Origin: Patescibacteria group bacterium
GTDB lineage: Bacteria > Patescibacteriota > Patescibacteriia > Patescibacteriales > UBA12465
Direction of reading: 5' to 3'
NCBI GenBank assembly: GCA_034002925.1
Contig: JAVEZP010000005.1
Coordinates: 1-62,785 of the forward strand
Length of the DNA: 62,785 bases
In this document: piece by piece, positions 18,426 through 28,755 of the stretch
Layout of the letters: every line of letters starts with the position of its first letter
Numbering within the stretch: position 1 is the first letter of the stretch
Position numbers and translations under genes: made by a program
Notes under the pieces: generated by a model
What the model was told of the DNA's origin: nothing
The model's input: only the letters and a program-made list of their open reading frames with translations
Databases searched by the model: none

Positions 18426-20150
18426 TTAAACCATGTTATCTTTTCTTTCTTTAATATATTTAGTCCAATCCTCAGCAATATCAACAAGAATCTTAAAGGG
18501 AGCTTCAATAATAAAATCAAAAATAAAGATAAAAATATTAACTTTAGAAATATTACCAGACAACCATTTTCCTGCCATAATAATAGGCATGTAAAAGAGA
18601 TCTAAAAGGAATGAAAAAAGATTTTCTTTCTTTTCAATCACTAATAGTTCTTTTACCCCTTTTGTGACAATAATACTAAAGAAACTGACAAAAGCTAAGA
18701 AGAATAAGAAAATTACAATACTCACCCAATTAAAATTAACTTGAGTCAAAAACCAAACAATAAAATAAATAGATACAAAAAAAGTAGCAGTATAAATCAA
18801 ATTAAAAATCGTATTAACAACGCGATTTCTTTTCTTGGGATTACGTAGTTTAATTGGATTACGGCGCTCTGCGCCTAAGAGAGAAATTTCTGTTACCCCT
18901 TCTACAATACGCTCTGTGTTCGCCTCACCTGGCACCCGAGTAAAGGTTACAATAAAAAATAATAAAATTGCTGGAAAAGCAATATTCACAGCCAAAGCAG
19001 CTTGATTTAAGGGTTGATTAAACCAATGAATAGCTGGAATCTCAATTAAAAAGACAAAAATTGACTTGGTCAGAAAAATATAAATTATACTGCGAGTAGC
19101 TGCTCGCCATAAACGAGCTTTAGCTTTTTTATATTTTTGATTACACACTTTGCGCACTCCATTAAAAAAAGTTTTTGGATTTTGCTTAAATTCATTATAA
19201 ACTTTAGCTGGATCACTAGCAATTACTTCTTGCAAAACAGTAAAATACAAAGCATAACGACGCACTATCTTATCTAATTGTTTTTTAAGAGGATGCTTTA
19301 ATTGAAAATCTATAGCTGATTTTAGATCATAAATACTATTAGCTACAGCTAAAATTTTCTCATCACTAGGCCTAAATAATTTATCTACCCTATCATCAAT
19401 CCAACCTTGGTTATAATATTTAAACAACACAAATGACAACATGTCTTCATCAAAACGAGAATAAGTACGACTAATACTTAAATAAATTTGAATATCAAGA
19501 TCACGTCCATAAGGCAGCTCAGGAGGTAAAACAAGCTCTTGACGCAAAGTGTCAAACATCACATTCACCATCGCTTGTTTAGTTTGACTACGCACCAAAC
19601 TATCTTCAATCTCACAAGCAGCCAAAGTTAAAACCCATACCACTATTTTGCTTTTATCCTGTAAAACATTCTTAGCTTTTTTCAGATCCGTCTTAAGACC
19701 TAAATTAGCATCAAAGCTTTTTAAAGCTTCTTGTTTCAAGCGTAAGTATTTGTCTAAAATTTGAGCCACTTCTTTAATTTTAGCTTCTGGTAAAGTATTG
19801 TTAGGTAAATAACTAGCTCTAATTAACTCTGCCAATAAATGGTGAGCTAATTCTTCAGTCGTAGAAGCCTTTAATAAACCTTCTATGCGGACTTGGCGTT
19901 TTAAAATACGCGCAATAGCATTTTTACGCAACAAGTGGTCTTCATCATAATCAACAGCATTTCTCACTTTTTCGTAAAAGAAAGCCATTTTTGAGATTAG
20001 CTCAGAAACTTGCAGTCGTGGCGATTCATCATCTTTATCACTAGAACGATTCAAATCATTATAAATGGCTTGAAATAATTTCTTCGCATTATCATTAAGT
20101 TCTTCGCTGCCACTATTAATTTTTTTAGTAGCTAAATTTGGACTAACCAT
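18426..20150 (-). CDS. conserved hypothetical membrane protein
   Basis: Large helical N-terminal part and four C-terminal hydrophobic segments. Confidence 0.75.
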   Translation of the reverse strand: MVSPNLATKKINSGSEELNDNAKKLFQAIYNDLNRSSDKDDESPRLQVSELISKMAFFYEKVRNAVDYDEDHLLRKNAIARILKRQVRIEGLLKASTTEELAHHLLAELIRASYLPNNTLPEAKIKEVAQILDKYLRLKQEALKSFDANLGLKTDLKKAKNVLQDKSKIVVWVLTLAACEIEDSLVRSQTKQAMVNVMFDTLRQELVLPPELPYGRDLDIQIYLSISRTYSRFDEDMLSFVLFKYYNQGWIDDRVDKLFRPSDEKILAVANSIYDLKSAIDFQLKHPLKKQLDKIVRRYALYFTVLQEVIASDPAKVYNEFKQNPKTFFNGVRKVCNQKYKKAKARLWRAATRSIIYIFLTKSIFVFLIEIPAIHWFNQPLNQAALAVNIAFPAILLFFIVTFTRVPGEANTERIVEGVTEISLLGAERRNPIKLRNPKKRNRVVNTIFNLIYTATFFVSIYFIVWFLTQVNFNWVSIVIFLFFLAFVSFFSIIVTKGVKELLVIEKKENLFSFLLDLFYMPIIMAGKWLSGNISKVNIFIFIFDFIIEAPFKILVDIAEDWTKYIKERKDNMV

Positions 20151-20219
20151 AGTTTTAATTAATTCTTTTTCATTTTATCCTGTTTACCCTGAAAAAGCAA
20201 CGCCCAACCTTAATCAGTC

Positions 20220-20248
20220 TTGACACGGCCAAGAGATTTCGGTAATAT
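20220..20248 (+). promoter_or_regulatory. sigma70 promoter of secE-nusG-rplK-rplA
   Basis: TTGACA-17 nt-TAATAT. Confidence 0.7.
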
Positions 20249-20308
20249 ATAAGCAGATATAAAAAGTAGCCGTAAGGGCTCTTTTTAGTATTTAATTTTT
20301 TATTTAAT

Positions 20309-20494
20309 ATGAGCAAAATTAAACGCTATATTCAAGAAGCAATTGAGGAGTTAAAAAAAGTATCTTGGCCCAGTAAAAAAGAAACCTATCAATATACTTT
20401 ATTGGTAATTGGTATTTCTTTAGCTGTTGCCGCTTTTTTAGGAGTTTTAGATTTCGGCTTCAATTTAGGTTTCCAAGAATTAATTATACAATAA
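20309..20494 (+). CDS. secE: preprotein translocase subunit SecE
   Basis: ELKKVSWPS motif, one TM helix, upstream of nusG. Confidence 0.95.
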   Translation: MSKIKRYIQEAIEELKKVSWPSKKETYQYTLLVIGISLAVAAFLGVLDFGFNLGFQELIIQ

Positions 20495-20549
20495 CTTATT
20501 TTTTCAACGCTTATGCTGAGTTAGATTCTAACTGAGCAGCGCTAAAAAT

Positions 20550-21095
20550 ATGGCAAAACAACTTTTAAATCAAGGCCGACGCTGGTATGTGCTCCATACT
20601 TATTCTGGCTATGAAGAAAATGTAGCACAAAATCTTAAACAAAGAGTAGAGTCTTTGGATATGGAGGATAAAATTTTTAATATTCTCATTCCTACCGAAA
20701 AAAAGATTAAAATTAAAAATGGTAAAAGAAAAGTAGTGGAAGAAAAAATCTTCCCTGGTTATATTCTGGTAGAAATGGAAGTAACTGATGAATCTTGGTA
20801 TGTAGTGCGCAATACTCCTAATGTCACTGGCTTTATTGGTACCGGCACCATTCCTACTCCTATTAGTGAAGAAGAGGTGAAAGGACTACAAAAAAGAATG
20901 GGTGTGGAAGATCCTAAATTCACCATTGATGTGGTAGTGGGCTCATCTGTGCAAATTAACGAAGGACCTTTTAAAAACATGGAAGGTAAAGTTACAAGTA
21001 TTGATGAAGCAAAAGGTAAAGTTAAAGTATCTGTATCCATGTTTGGTCGCGAGACTCCAGTTGAATTAGACTTTTTACAAATTAAAAAATCATAA
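20550..21095 (+). CDS. nusG: transcription factor NusG
   Basis: WYVLHTYSGYE, FPGYILV, KOW motif, FGRETPVELDF. Confidence 0.98.
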   Translation: MAKQLLNQGRRWYVLHTYSGYEENVAQNLKQRVESLDMEDKIFNILIPTEKKIKIKNGKRKVVEEKIFPGYILVEMEVTDESWYVVRNTPNVTGFIGTGTIPTPISEEEVKGLQKRMGVEDPKFTIDVVVGSSVQINEGPFKNMEGKVTSIDEAKGKVKVSVSMFGRETPVELDFLQIKKS

Positions 21096-21149
21096 GAGTT
21101 AACAAACTAGCTGAAAGGATTGCTTCTGCCGTTTCAGCCTAACAACAAT

Positions 21150-21575
21150 ATGGCTAAAAAACTAAAAACAAAAATTAAATTACAAATTCCTGGAGGTCAG
21201 GCGAACCCAGCCCCTCCAGTTGGCCCCGCTTTAGGGCAACATGGTTTGAATATTTCTGAGTTTTGTCAGAAATTCAACGAAGCTACCCGTGATAAAATGG
21301 GTGATGTAATTCCGGTAGAAATCTCGGTTTATGATGATCGTAGCTATGATTTTATTCTCAAAACCCCACCAGCAGCGGAATTATTAAAAAAAGCTGCTGG
21401 TATTAGTAAGGGCTCCGGTAAACCTCGTTCTGATAAAGTCGGAAAGATAACTAGCACCCAATTAGAAGAAATTGCCAAAACTAAAATGCCAGATTTAAAT
21501 GCTAAAGACATCCAAGCAGCCATGAATATTATCAAAGGCACTGCTCGTCAAATGGGTGTAGAAATTAAAGATTAA
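21150..21575 (+). CDS. rplK: 50S ribosomal protein L11 (start revised)
   Basis: [20 protein letters not shown]. Confidence 0.98.
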   Translation: MAKKLKTKIKLQIPGGQANPAPPVGPALGQHGLNISEFCQKFNEATRDKMGDVIPVEISVYDDRSYDFILKTPPAAELLKKAAGISKGSGKPRSDKVGKITSTQLEEIAKTKMPDLNAKDIQAAMNIIKGTARQMGVEIKD

Positions 21576-21585
21576 TTAAAATATT

Positions 21586-21612
21586 GTGGGAGCTTATTTA
21601 AGCGTTAACCAC
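21586..21612 (+). promoter_or_regulatory. L1-binding autoregulatory RNA element
   Basis: GTGG-GA-GCTT..AAGC-GTTAA-CCAC between rplK and rplA, resembling the Firmicutes L1 site. Confidence 0.75.
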
Positions 21613-21623
21613 GAATTAAAAAT

Positions 21624-22328
21624 ATGACTAAAAATACTGCAACTACTAAAAAAACAACCAAGAAAAAAGACTTATCCTCTATTTATGACAAACTTAAGAG
21701 TTATCGTCCTAATGAAGCGGTGGCAATCTTAAAAAAAATTAATCACAGCAAATTTGATCCTTCAGTTGAAGTTCATATTCGTTTAGGTATTAATCCTAAA
21801 AAAAGCGATCAACAAGTTAGAGGGGCGGTTAGTCTTCCTCATGGGACTGGTAAAACCGTAAGAGTTGCTGCCTTTGTTTCCGCTGAGAATGAAGAAGCTT
21901 GTAAAAAAGCTGGCGCTGATTTAGTAGGTAGCGAAGAACTAATTGCTCAAATTAAAAAAACAGAAAAAACTGATTTTGAAGTAGCTATTGCTGAACCATT
22001 AATGATGAAAAATTTAGCTGTCATTGCAAAAATATTAGGTACTAGAGGTTTAATGCCCTCTCCTAAAAATGACACCGTTTCTCCTAATCCCGCTAAAGCC
22101 GTAGAAGAGCTCAAAAAGGGTAAGATTAGCTTTAAAAACGATGATACCAGTAATTTACACGCTGTTATCGGCAAATTAAGCTTTGATGATCAAAAATTAT
22201 TAGAGAATTTTCAGGCTTTAATTGATAATATCCGTAAAGTCAAACCATCATCTGCTAAAGGTTCATATATTAAAAGCGTGGCTATTTGCTCTTCTATGAG
22301 TCCTAGCGTCAAAGTTGAACTTTCTTAA
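21624..22328 (+). CDS. rplA: 50S ribosomal protein L1
   Basis: KFDPSVE, VRGAVSLPHGTGK, LGTRGLMP. Confidence 0.97.
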   Translation: MTKNTATTKKTTKKKDLSSIYDKLKSYRPNEAVAILKKINHSKFDPSVEVHIRLGINPKKSDQQVRGAVSLPHGTGKTVRVAAFVSAENEEACKKAGADLVGSEELIAQIKKTEKTDFEVAIAEPLMMKNLAVIAKILGTRGLMPSPKNDTVSPNPAKAVEELKKGKISFKNDDTSNLHAVIGKLSFDDQKLLENFQALIDNIRKVKPSSAKGSYIKSVAICSSMSPSVKVELS

Positions 22329-22333
22329 GACTC

Positions 22334-22362
22334 TTGACTTATTATAGAAAAAAGCTTATTAT
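22334..22362 (+). promoter_or_regulatory. sigma70 promoter of the RRM gene
   Basis: TTGACT-17 nt-TATTAT. Confidence 0.7.
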
Positions 22363-22386
22363 CAAAGAGTAAGTTTTGTTAGAAAC

Positions 22387-22520
22387 ACGAGCGGCTAGTT
22401 CGAATCGATTCAACTGAAACGAGACGAGCTAGCCGTTTGTAGTTTGTAGGCAACAAAGGTCGCCTTACAAATTTGTAAAGTTCAATTCCCTGCCTCTCTT
22501 GAAAAATAGAGATTGGGAAT
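22387..22520 (+). promoter_or_regulatory. structured 5' leader (three stem-loops) of the RRM gene
   Basis: 16-bp stem 22387-22402/22425-22440; TTTGTAGGC/GCCTTACAAA; ATTCCC/GGGAAT. Confidence 0.6.
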
Positions 22521-22528
22521 CCAAAAAA

Positions 22529-22786
22529 ATGAAAAAATTATTTGTTGGTGGCTTATCATTTAAGACCACTGAGCAAGTTTTAGCGGATGCTTTCGCTAAA
22601 GCCGGTAACGTAGTTTCAGCTGTTATCATTCAAGATAGAATGACTCAACGTTCTAAAGGTTTTGGTTTCGTAGAAATGGAAACTGAAGAAGAAGCACAAG
22701 CAGCTATTGCTATGTGGAATGGCCAAGAATTAGATGGTCGTCGCGTTGCTGTAAACGAAGCTCGTCCTTTAGAGAAGCGTTTCTAA
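22529..22786 (+). CDS. RRM RNA-binding protein (start revised)
   Basis: RNP2 LFVGGL and RNP1 KGFGFVEM. Confidence 0.95.
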   Translation: MKKLFVGGLSFKTTEQVLADAFAKAGNVVSAVIIQDRMTQRSKGFGFVEMETEEEAQAAIAMWNGQELDGRRVAVNEARPLEKRF

Positions 22787-22803
22787 GCTTATCTAAAACA
22801 ATT

Positions 22804-22839
22804 AAAAAACTTCCACTTGATAAGAGTGGAAGTTTTTTT
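22804..22839. terminator. bidirectional terminator
   Basis: AAAAAACTTCCACT..AGTGGAAGTTTTTTT. Confidence 0.85.
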
Positions 22840-22856
22840 GTAACTATCTATTTAAA

Positions 22857-23663
22857 CTATTTTAATAAAGTAATATTTTCAATCACAATATCTTCTAGAG
22901 GATGATCATTGGCATTAACAGCAGCTGCTTCAATTTGTCTAACTATTTCCATACCAGACACCACTTGACCAAAATTAGTATGAGCACCATCTAACCAAGG
23001 GGTAGCTGGAGCGGTCACAATAAAGAACTGGGAACCATTTGTGCCAGGACCACTATTAGCCATAGCCAAAGAACCAGCTACTAATTTATTACTATTGATT
23101 TCATCTTTAAAGGCATAACCAGGACCACCAAAACCGTGTGTGGACCAATCAGCGCTTTTACTATTAGGATCACCACCTTGAACCATAAATCCGTCAATGA
23201 CACGATGGAAAATAGTACCATTATAAAAACCGGCTTGAGCAAGATTCATAAAATTATTCACTGTTACTGGAGAATCAGCCTTATAAAATTCTAACTCAAT
23301 ATCACCCAAATTAGTCTGCATAATCGCACGACTATATTGAGATATTAAATCAATTTGCTGGTCTGGTGGCAAAACTTTTACACTTGTAGTTTTTTCGTTA
23401 TTTTCACTAGTTTGATTATCCATATTATTTGAGTTAGTTTTAGTTTGAGAAATATCTTGATTAACGGGCGCATCTTCAACTTGTAATTCACCATAATCTA
23501 CTTTGGACGCACTTTGATTATTAGTGTTATTAGCACTATTAAGTGGAGGCAAATTAACATTGTCATTAACATTAGGAGTTTCCTCTGTTGTACAAGCTGA
23601 CAAAGTAAACGCAAAGATGAATAAAGCACCAATAGTAATTAATAATTTATAATTTTGTTTCAT
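22857..23663 (-). CDS. cyclophilin-type peptidyl-prolyl isomerase, lipoprotein (start revised)
   Basis: Lipobox LSAC, N-rich linker, FHRVIDGFMVQGGD, AMANSGP.TNGSQFFI. Confidence 0.92.
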   Translation of the reverse strand: MKQNYKLLITIGALFIFAFTLSACTTEETPNVNDNVNLPPLNSANNTNNQSASKVDYGELQVEDAPVNQDISQTKTNSNNMDNQTSENNEKTTSVKVLPPDQQIDLISQYSRAIMQTNLGDIELEFYKADSPVTVNNFMNLAQAGFYNGTIFHRVIDGFMVQGGDPNSKSADWSTHGFGGPGYAFKDEINSNKLVAGSLAMANSGPGTNGSQFFIVTAPATPWLDGAHTNFGQVVSGMEIVRQIEAAAVNANDHPLEDIVIENITLLK

Positions 23664-23679
23664 ATGATTATTTATTATA

Positions 23680-25143
23680 TTAAACTTTAAATTTACGTTG
23701 TAAGTTATGATCCTCGTCCTCTCTAGTCTCTTCAATTAAAAGACGAGCCTTAGATCTTAAATCTTCTAAATTCATTGATAATAGTAATTTTGCTTGTTCT
23801 AATAAAATTTCTTTAGTGTTTAAATTAGGATTTTCTAAAACTTGAGCTAATAAAACATCTAAAATTGCCCCTAATCTTGGTCCTGCCTCTACTTCTAAAA
23901 TTGACATTAAATCATGACCATTAACAGCCAACATTTTCACAGAAACTGGATCATGTTGCACCTTTTCCATCATGTATTGTAAATGACGCAATTTATAAGG
24001 CATGGCCTTAGGCGTGCCAGAACCCAGACGATCAGCTACGCGTAAATAAATTAAATCTTGCAGATTATCTCTACCCACCTTGCTAATTAAACGCCTTACT
24101 GAAGCAGCAGTTACTTCCCCCACATTATAATAAAACATGTGATTTTTGACTAGATTAACTACTCTCTCCCTGTCTTCATTCTTAAATTTCAAACGAGTCA
24201 TGATTTTATCCACCATTTTAGCCCCTAAATACTCATGATTATAAAAAGTAGCTTGACCATTAATAATTCTTTTAGATTTTGGCTTAGCTACATCATGTAA
24301 AAGTGCCGCTAAGCGTACAGGCCACTCCGGACTGGGACAATATTTAAGAGATAAAAGATTATGCTTAAAAACAGGATAAATATGATGATGATTTTGCTTC
24401 ACCCCCACCCCTTGTTCTAGCTCTGGAATAATATATTGCAACAATTTAGTGTTATGTAGGGCTAAAATGCCATCAAAAGGTCGATCTGAAGACAAAATTT
24501 TGATTAATTCATCTTTAATTCTTTCTTTCGCTACAAATTTAATACTCCCTGCTAATTTTACAATCGCTCTTTCTGTTTTCGGTTCTAATTCAAAATCAAG
24601 TTGAGCAGAAAAACGAATTGCCCTCATCATTCTTAGAGCGTCTTCTTTAAAACGATCAACCGGCTCGCCCACTGCTCGAATAACCTTCTTTTTTAAGTCT
24701 TTTTGACCACCAAACAGATCAATTAATTTGAATTGCTTATCATCTATTCTAATTTCACCCTCATCAGACAAGGCTAAAGCCATAGCATTAATAGTAAAGT
24801 CTCGTCTTTCTAAGTCCTTGTCTAATTCGATTTCAAATTTAATTTCGTCAGGGTGGCGAAAGTCAGAATATTTGTTTTCGCTACGATAAGTCGTAATTTC
24901 AATAACGCTAATTAATACTTCATCTAATTTAACTGGTATTAAGACTGTTCCGAATTCATTTTCATATTTAGCTTCTGGAAATAATTTCAAAATTTCCTCT
25001 GGTCGAGCACTAGTGGTTAAGTCCCAGTCTTTTGCCTCTTTCTGTAAGAGTAAATCACGCACACAACCACCAACTAATTCTACACTAAAACCAGCGCTTT
25101 GTATGCGCTTTAAGATGTCTAAAATGTAATCAGGAATATGCAT
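23680..25143 (-). CDS. cca: CCA tRNA nucleotidyltransferase with HD domain
   Basis: VGGCVRD, DWD, RRDFTINAM, EDALRMMR, LLHDVAK. Confidence 0.9.
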   Translation of the reverse strand: MHIPDYILDILKRIQSAGFSVELVGGCVRDLLLQKEAKDWDLTTSARPEEILKLFPEAKYENEFGTVLIPVKLDEVLISVIEITTYRSENKYSDFRHPDEIKFEIELDKDLERRDFTINAMALALSDEGEIRIDDKQFKLIDLFGGQKDLKKKVIRAVGEPVDRFKEDALRMMRAIRFSAQLDFELEPKTERAIVKLAGSIKFVAKERIKDELIKILSSDRPFDGILALHNTKLLQYIIPELEQGVGVKQNHHHIYPVFKHNLLSLKYCPSPEWPVRLAALLHDVAKPKSKRIINGQATFYNHEYLGAKMVDKIMTRLKFKNEDRERVVNLVKNHMFYYNVGEVTAASVRRLISKVGRDNLQDLIYLRVADRLGSGTPKAMPYKLRHLQYMMEKVQHDPVSVKMLAVNGHDLMSILEVEAGPRLGAILDVLLAQVLENPNLNTKEILLEQAKLLLSMNLEDLRSKARLLIEETREDEDHNLQRKFKV

Positions 25144-25146
25144 GCT

Positions 25147-25908
25147 TTATTTTTTTTCTGCCAAACTTTGATAGAGTTTATATGAATAAATTAAGAGAAA
25201 AGGAGTGGTTAAAGTACTTAACATATTAACTAAGAAGTTATATATTTCTTTGCCAGAATCACTTAAATAACTTAGTGGTAAACTAATCAAGCCAACAAAT
25301 AAAGCATAAATTAACGCTATGAGAATAAAACGCCCAGCCACTGGCCACCAATATCCTTTAACTAATTGCCTGCTACGTTTCATGGCTGCTTTAGGGGTTT
25401 TGATATTTTCAACCATCACTAACATAGTAGCAAAAGCCCAATAACAATAGAAGATAAGACCAGGGATAATTAAAGCTAAAAACAAAAGAAATAATAAAAT
25501 GCCCACTACAAAGCTAACAATAATATAAGATTTAATAAAAGACACGCTCTTTTGAAAGGCCTCTTTTGGTTTCAATTCAGGATGAATTAATAACAACCAA
25601 ATACCAATATGAGCCCGAATACCATAATAAATTGCCCACAGTGCAGCTAGAACAAATAATACTAACGCAATTATTAATAACCAAGCATAAGAATTAAGTA
25701 ATGATACAAAGAAAGCATTAAAGCTATAAGCTATAACAACAAGCACAAATAAAGGTATTGAACCAAGTAAACCCCAAAGATACATTTCCACAAAATCTAA
25801 GAAATTTTTACTAAAAACTGTCCAAGATTCTTTAATTAAAGCAATTGGACTAATTAAAGGTGGTCTTAAGTATTTAGTTTCTTGATTGTGAGATTGAATT
25901 TTATCCAT
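25147..25908 (-). CDS. multi-pass membrane protein
   Basis: Several TM helices, IIPGLI, S..LVKGYWW motif. Confidence 0.7.
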   Translation of the reverse strand: MDKIQSHNQETKYLRPPLISPIALIKESWTVFSKNFLDFVEMYLWGLLGSIPLFVLVVIAYSFNAFFVSLLNSYAWLLIIALVLFVLAALWAIYYGIRAHIGIWLLLIHPELKPKEAFQKSVSFIKSYIIVSFVVGILLFLLFLALIIPGLIFYCYWAFATMLVMVENIKTPKAAMKRSRQLVKGYWWPVAGRFILIALIYALFVGLISLPLSYLSDSGKEIYNFLVNMLSTLTTPFLLIYSYKLYQSLAEKK

Positions 25909-25927
25909 ATATTTATAAATAATAAAA

Positions 25928-26935
25928 TTATTTTAATTTAGCCGCTAAAAAAGCTAAATCAACTAAACGACAAGCATAAGCCCATTCATTGTCATACCAT
26001 GCAACCACTTTTACCAAATCACCATCCACTACTTTAGTATTTTGCAGATCAACAATAGCACTATGGCTATCACCAATAATATCGGTTGATACCAAGTCTT
26101 CATTAGAGGCTAATAAGATTCCCTTTAATTTAGTAGTAGCCGCTTTCTTAAAAGCGGTATTAATCATCATAGGATTAGTTTTTTTACTAGCTATAAAGAC
26201 AATATCACACAAAGAAGCTACCGGGGTTGGAACCCTCACCGCCAAGCCATCAAATTTAGCCTTTAAAGATGGGATAGTTTCAGCCACAGCAATAGCTGCG
26301 CCAGTAGTGGTAGGAATCATATTAACAGCTGCCGCTCGAGCCCGTCGAGGATCTTTATGAGGACCATCTACTAAATTTTGATCAGCTGTATAAGAATGGA
26401 TAGTAGTCATTAAAGCTTTTTTAACTCCTATTTTTTCTTTTAACACCGCCATTACTGGTGCTAAACAATTAGTTGTACAAGAAGCATTAGAAATAATGCG
26501 ATCACTCTTTTTTAATTGTTTTTCATTCACGCCCAAGACAATGGTTTTTACCTTTCCCTGTTTGGCTGGAGCTGAAATAATTACCTTTTTCGCACCAGCT
26601 TGTAGATGTAAAGAAGCCCCTTCTTCATTGGTAAATCTGCCAGTACATTCTAATACAATATCTACTTTTAATTTACCCCAAGGTAGTAATTGTGGCTCTT
26701 TCTCTGAAAATACTGGAAAACGACGACCATCGACTAAAAAACCTTTCGCATCACCACTTACTTCGCGATGATAGCGACCATAACAAGAATCTCTTTGCAG
26801 CAAAGAAGCTAAAGTTTTATTATCACTTAAATCATTAATAGCTACTACTTTCAATTCCGGATAATGATCTAGGATGTTTTTAAAAGCAGCTCGGCCAATA
26901 CGACCGAAACCATTAATGGCGACATTGATAGACAT
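25928..26935 (-). CDS. gap: type I glyceraldehyde-3-phosphate dehydrogenase
   Basis: INGFGRIGR, ASCTTNCL, WYDNEW. Confidence 0.98.
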   Translation of the reverse strand: MSINVAINGFGRIGRAAFKNILDHYPELKVVAINDLSDNKTLASLLQRDSCYGRYHREVSGDAKGFLVDGRRFPVFSEKEPQLLPWGKLKVDIVLECTGRFTNEEGASLHLQAGAKKVIISAPAKQGKVKTIVLGVNEKQLKKSDRIISNASCTTNCLAPVMAVLKEKIGVKKALMTTIHSYTADQNLVDGPHKDPRRARAAAVNMIPTTTGAAIAVAETIPSLKAKFDGLAVRVPTPVASLCDIVFIASKKTNPMMINTAFKKAATTKLKGILLASNEDLVSTDIIGDSHSAIVDLQNTKVVDGDLVKVVAWYDNEWAYACRLVDLAFLAAKLK

Positions 26936-26995
26936 AAATTTTTTATTATTCCTTATAATATTTAGATAATTATATTATAACATATTTTTAACTCT

Positions 26996-27017
26996 AAAAA
27001 AGCCCCCAATTGGGGCT
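26996..27017 (-). terminator. terminator after ricT
   Basis: AGCCCC/GGGGCT stem with a T-tail on the minus strand. Confidence 0.65.
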
Positions 27018-27029
27018 CAAAAATTTGAG

Positions 27030-27869
27030 TTATCTTTTCTTTTTGAAATTTTTCTCCTTATTTAGCTTATTATTTAATTGTTTTAAATCAACTCGCAAAA
27101 TTAAGTCGCGCTCTCCGTGTCTATCGCTAACAAAACGAACATCTAAGCTCTGTTTTAAAATATGTCTACCAATAATTGTTCCCACTTTACCCTCAACTTT
27201 AATTTTTTCACCAATGGCTGGTAATTCTTTAGCTAAATCTTTATAGCCCTCATATTCAAAACTTAAGCAACACATCAAACGTCCACACATCCCAGAAATA
27301 CGATCGCTACCCCGATGAACCACCTGCTGAGCTTCCGCCATGTCTGATGTGACTGAAGAAAAATCACGTACAAAGGAACGACAACATAAAGATAAACCGC
27401 AAGGACCACAATCACCCTGACAACGAGCTTGATCCCGAGAGCCAATTTGAAATAAACGAACATTAAGATTAAAGGTTGAGCTTAAATCTTTTACTAAATC
27501 ACGAAAATCAATTCTATTGTCAGCTACAAAGGCAAAAGTTAAACGATTAGCTGTTAAAGAAAAACGAGCGTCAATTAATTTCATCTTTAAGCCGTGACGC
27601 GCAATTATTTCCTGACAACGATGTAAAGCTTCTTGACGCTTATTTTTATCAAAGACTTGACGTACTTCGCTATCACTCGCTAAAGACAAAACAGGTTTTA
27701 ATTCAAGATTATTATCATTTTTTTCAACAAATGAAACAATTCTGCCAATTTCTTTTCCTAATTCTGTATCAACAATTACAAAATCATTCACTTCAGCTAA
27801 AATATGACCGCCTAAGCTAAAGCTATAGATTTTGTCCCAAGCCGCAAATTGTACTTGTGCAATTTTCAT
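27030..27869 (-). CDS. ricT: RicT/YaaT (PSP1 domain) Fe-S protein
   Basis: RIDFRDLVKDL, QIGSRD, GPCGLSLCC, SGMCGRLMCCL.FE. Confidence 0.9.
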   Translation of the reverse strand: MKIAQVQFAAWDKIYSFSLGGHILAEVNDFVIVDTELGKEIGRIVSFVEKNDNNLELKPVLSLASDSEVRQVFDKNKRQEALHRCQEIIARHGLKMKLIDARFSLTANRLTFAFVADNRIDFRDLVKDLSSTFNLNVRLFQIGSRDQARCQGDCGPCGLSLCCRSFVRDFSSVTSDMAEAQQVVHRGSDRISGMCGRLMCCLSFEYEGYKDLAKELPAIGEKIKVEGKVGTIIGRHILKQSLDVRFVSDRHGERDLILRVDLKQLNNKLNKEKNFKKKR

Positions 27870-27875
27870 AATAAG

Positions 27876-27910
27876 AGAAAGCCTCGTGATAATTAAAGAC
27901 GAGGCTTTCT
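27876..27910 (-). terminator. hairpin/terminator after tsf
   Basis: 12-bp perfect inverted repeat AGAAAGCCTCGT/ACGAGGCTTTCT. Confidence 0.65.
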
Positions 27911-27929
27911 AAAACATATTCCTAATAAT

Positions 27930-28724
27930 TTAAAGACTGAAACGCAAGAAAGCCACAACCTTTGTATCCCCTAATAAATCTTTAATTTTCTTCTTATCAT
28001 CTTTAATATATTCCTGTTCAATCAAACAAACCTCACTATAATATTTAGCCATTTTACCAGTTAAAATTTTCTCTACCATTTCCGCTGGCTTTCCTTCTTT
28101 TAATAATTGTTCACGATAAATATCTTTTTCTTTTTCTAGCTCACTAGGATCTACTTCAGATGATTCTAGATATTTAGGATTAGCAGCCGCTACTTGCATA
28201 GCAATTTCAGTAGCTAATTCCTCTTTACCAGCTTGATCTAAAGCTACCACAACGCCAATCTTGCCACCTAAATGAGAATAAGCAGCCACACTAGCACCAT
28301 CTAAACGAGCAAATTTTGCTAATTCCATTTTTTCACCAATTGTACCGCTTAAATTATCTAAATCCTCCTTTACGCTTCCCTGTTCAAGAGGTAAGGCTAA
28401 CAAAGATTCAAGATTATCCACTTCATTTTTCATAGCAACTGCCATGACCGCTTCAGCAAAGGCTTGAAACTTTTCATTTCTAGCTACAAAGTCAGTTTCT
28501 GAAGTAAGGCTTAAAATATAAGCCTGATTGGCTGATTCATTAATAGCAACCTTTACTACACCCTCGTTGGTTTCTCGATCAGTGCGTTTTGCTGCTTTGG
28601 CAATGCCTTTTTTACGTAATAATTCTACTGCTTTTTGTAAATCGTTGGCGGTTTCATCCAAAGCCTTTTTACAATCAACCATGCCAGCGCCAGTAATTTC
28701 ACGTAATTGTTTGATTAATTCCAT
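27930..28724 (-). CDS. tsf: elongation factor Ts
   Basis: LREITGAGMVDCKKAL, ETDFVA. Confidence 0.98.
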   Translation of the reverse strand: MELIKQLREITGAGMVDCKKALDETANDLQKAVELLRKKGIAKAAKRTDRETNEGVVKVAINESANQAYILSLTSETDFVARNEKFQAFAEAVMAVAMKNEVDNLESLLALPLEQGSVKEDLDNLSGTIGEKMELAKFARLDGASVAAYSHLGGKIGVVVALDQAGKEELATEIAMQVAAANPKYLESSEVDPSELEKEKDIYREQLLKEGKPAEMVEKILTGKMAKYYSEVCLIEQEYIKDDKKKIKDLLGDTKVVAFLRFSL

Positions 28725-28755
28725 ATAATTTTAATTTAAATTTTAAATGCTGCTA

